Of a stretch of 64,000 nt of DNA, positions 63,228-64,000 are shown in pieces (the stretch's first letter is position 1; every line of letters begins with the position of its first letter). The position numbers and the translations under genes were made by a program. The notes below the pieces were generated by a model. The model ran no database searches. It was not told the origin of the DNA and saw only the letters and a program-made list of their open reading frames with translations. Source of the DNA: Nitrosopumilaceae archaeon (GTDB taxonomy: Archaea > Thermoproteota > Nitrososphaeria > Nitrososphaerales > Nitrosopumilaceae); the NCBI GenBank assembly GCA_965208905.1, contig OZ242365.1, positions 1,184,001 through 1,248,000 on the forward strand. Direction: 5' to 3'.

Positions 63228-64000
63228 TTATTTAGTACACCCCCGTCCGATGACTATCTTGTATGGAATGTCGGTCCCATAGTCGGTGTAAAAGTCAGGG
63301 TCATCGTCCCGGCTGGGCGGGGAGATCAGCGGGGTCACCATGTCTTGCAGGTCGGCAACGGATGTCTGTTCGGCACCATCGCAGACTCGGCGTATCCACG
63401 ACTCCAGATTGTCCCCGTCCTGTTTCCTCTCTCGGAAGATGTCCAGCAGGTGGAGTATTACTGGAATGACACGTTTTGCGGGAACGTTCGCGAGTTTGTG
63501 GCCCAAGGTGGAGTCGGCGCCAGTCCTGCCTCCTATAAGCATGGTGTATGCAGGATACATATCACGGCCGTTCCTGCCGCTGCCACCGTACAGCCCGACT
63601 GTAGCCACGACGTGCTGACCGCACGAATTAGGGCAGCCGCTAACCTTTATTGATGATCCCCAGAGATCCTTGTCTTCGTCCAGTCCGCGTTTCAGAAACT
63701 GTCGCTGTATCTCCTTGGCCATACGGTGGGAGTTGGTGAGTGCCAAATTACACGAGGACATGCCCACACAACCCAGTGTGGCGGCCATCGTAAGCGCCCC
63801 GGTTCTGGCCAGGTTAGCCTTGAGCAGGCGCGAGTACAGGGATACGAGATCGTCTTGGTGTACGTACCGTAGTACCACATTCTGGATGAGTCCCAGACGC
63901 GCAGTACTCTCACCCGAATATTCCTCTATAATATCAGCCAAGTCAGAGAGCTGCCGAGATGAGATGTCGCCGGCTTCTAGGGTTACAAAGACTGTACGAT
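63228..64000 (-). CDS. Second sulfite/nitrite reductase (5' part outside window)
   Basis: CVGMSSCNLALTNSHR and SGCPNSCGQH; paralogous to the 49028-50839 C-terminal half. Confidence 0.9.
   Translation of the reverse strand, partial: RTVFVTLEAGDISSRQLSDLADIIEEYSGESTARLGLIQNVVLRYVHQDDLVSLYSRLLKANLARTGALTMAATLGCVGMSSCNLALTNSHRMAKEIQRQFLKRGLDEDKDLWGSSIKVSGCPNSCGQHVVATVGLYGGSGRNGRDMYPAYTMLIGGRTGADSTLGHKLANVPAKRVIPVILHLLDIFRERKQDGDNLESWIRRVCDGAEQTSVADLQDMVTPLISPPSRDDDPDFYTDYGTDIPYKIVIGRGCTK

Overview
This is an archaeal chromosomal window. Gene content and order point to Nitrososphaerota (Thaumarchaeota), Nitrosopumilaceae-like. The many decayed IS elements would fit a host-associated lineage, but that is inference. 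Most of the window is housekeeping: sod, pepA, nadC-spt4-rpo7, mrp, the futalosine menaquinone genes, thyX-nurA-herA-mre11-rad50, aspS-gatCAB, trpS, pheST, purP, a DRG GTPase, sulfite reductase, tRNA-Phe, rps26e, thrS and dhs. The most striking feature is an apparently intact 2131-bp IS1595-family element (27856-29986) with perfect 24-bp terminal inverted repeats and an 8-bp target duplication. Its cargo is a tRNA gene with a tRNA-Ser-type body but a Leu (CAA) anticodon, preceded by RNA hairpins, plus a 93-aa orphan ORF and a hairpin-sequestered 49-aa Cys-rich ORF. Other notable items are apparent non-canonical starts for gatB (ATA) and pheT (ACG), a MITE inside an IS5 relic, a frameshifted collagen-like gene, IS630 and IS481 relics, and a GC-richer second sulfite reductase paired with a rhodanese lacking its catalytic Cys. 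No CRISPR array or rRNA was seen.
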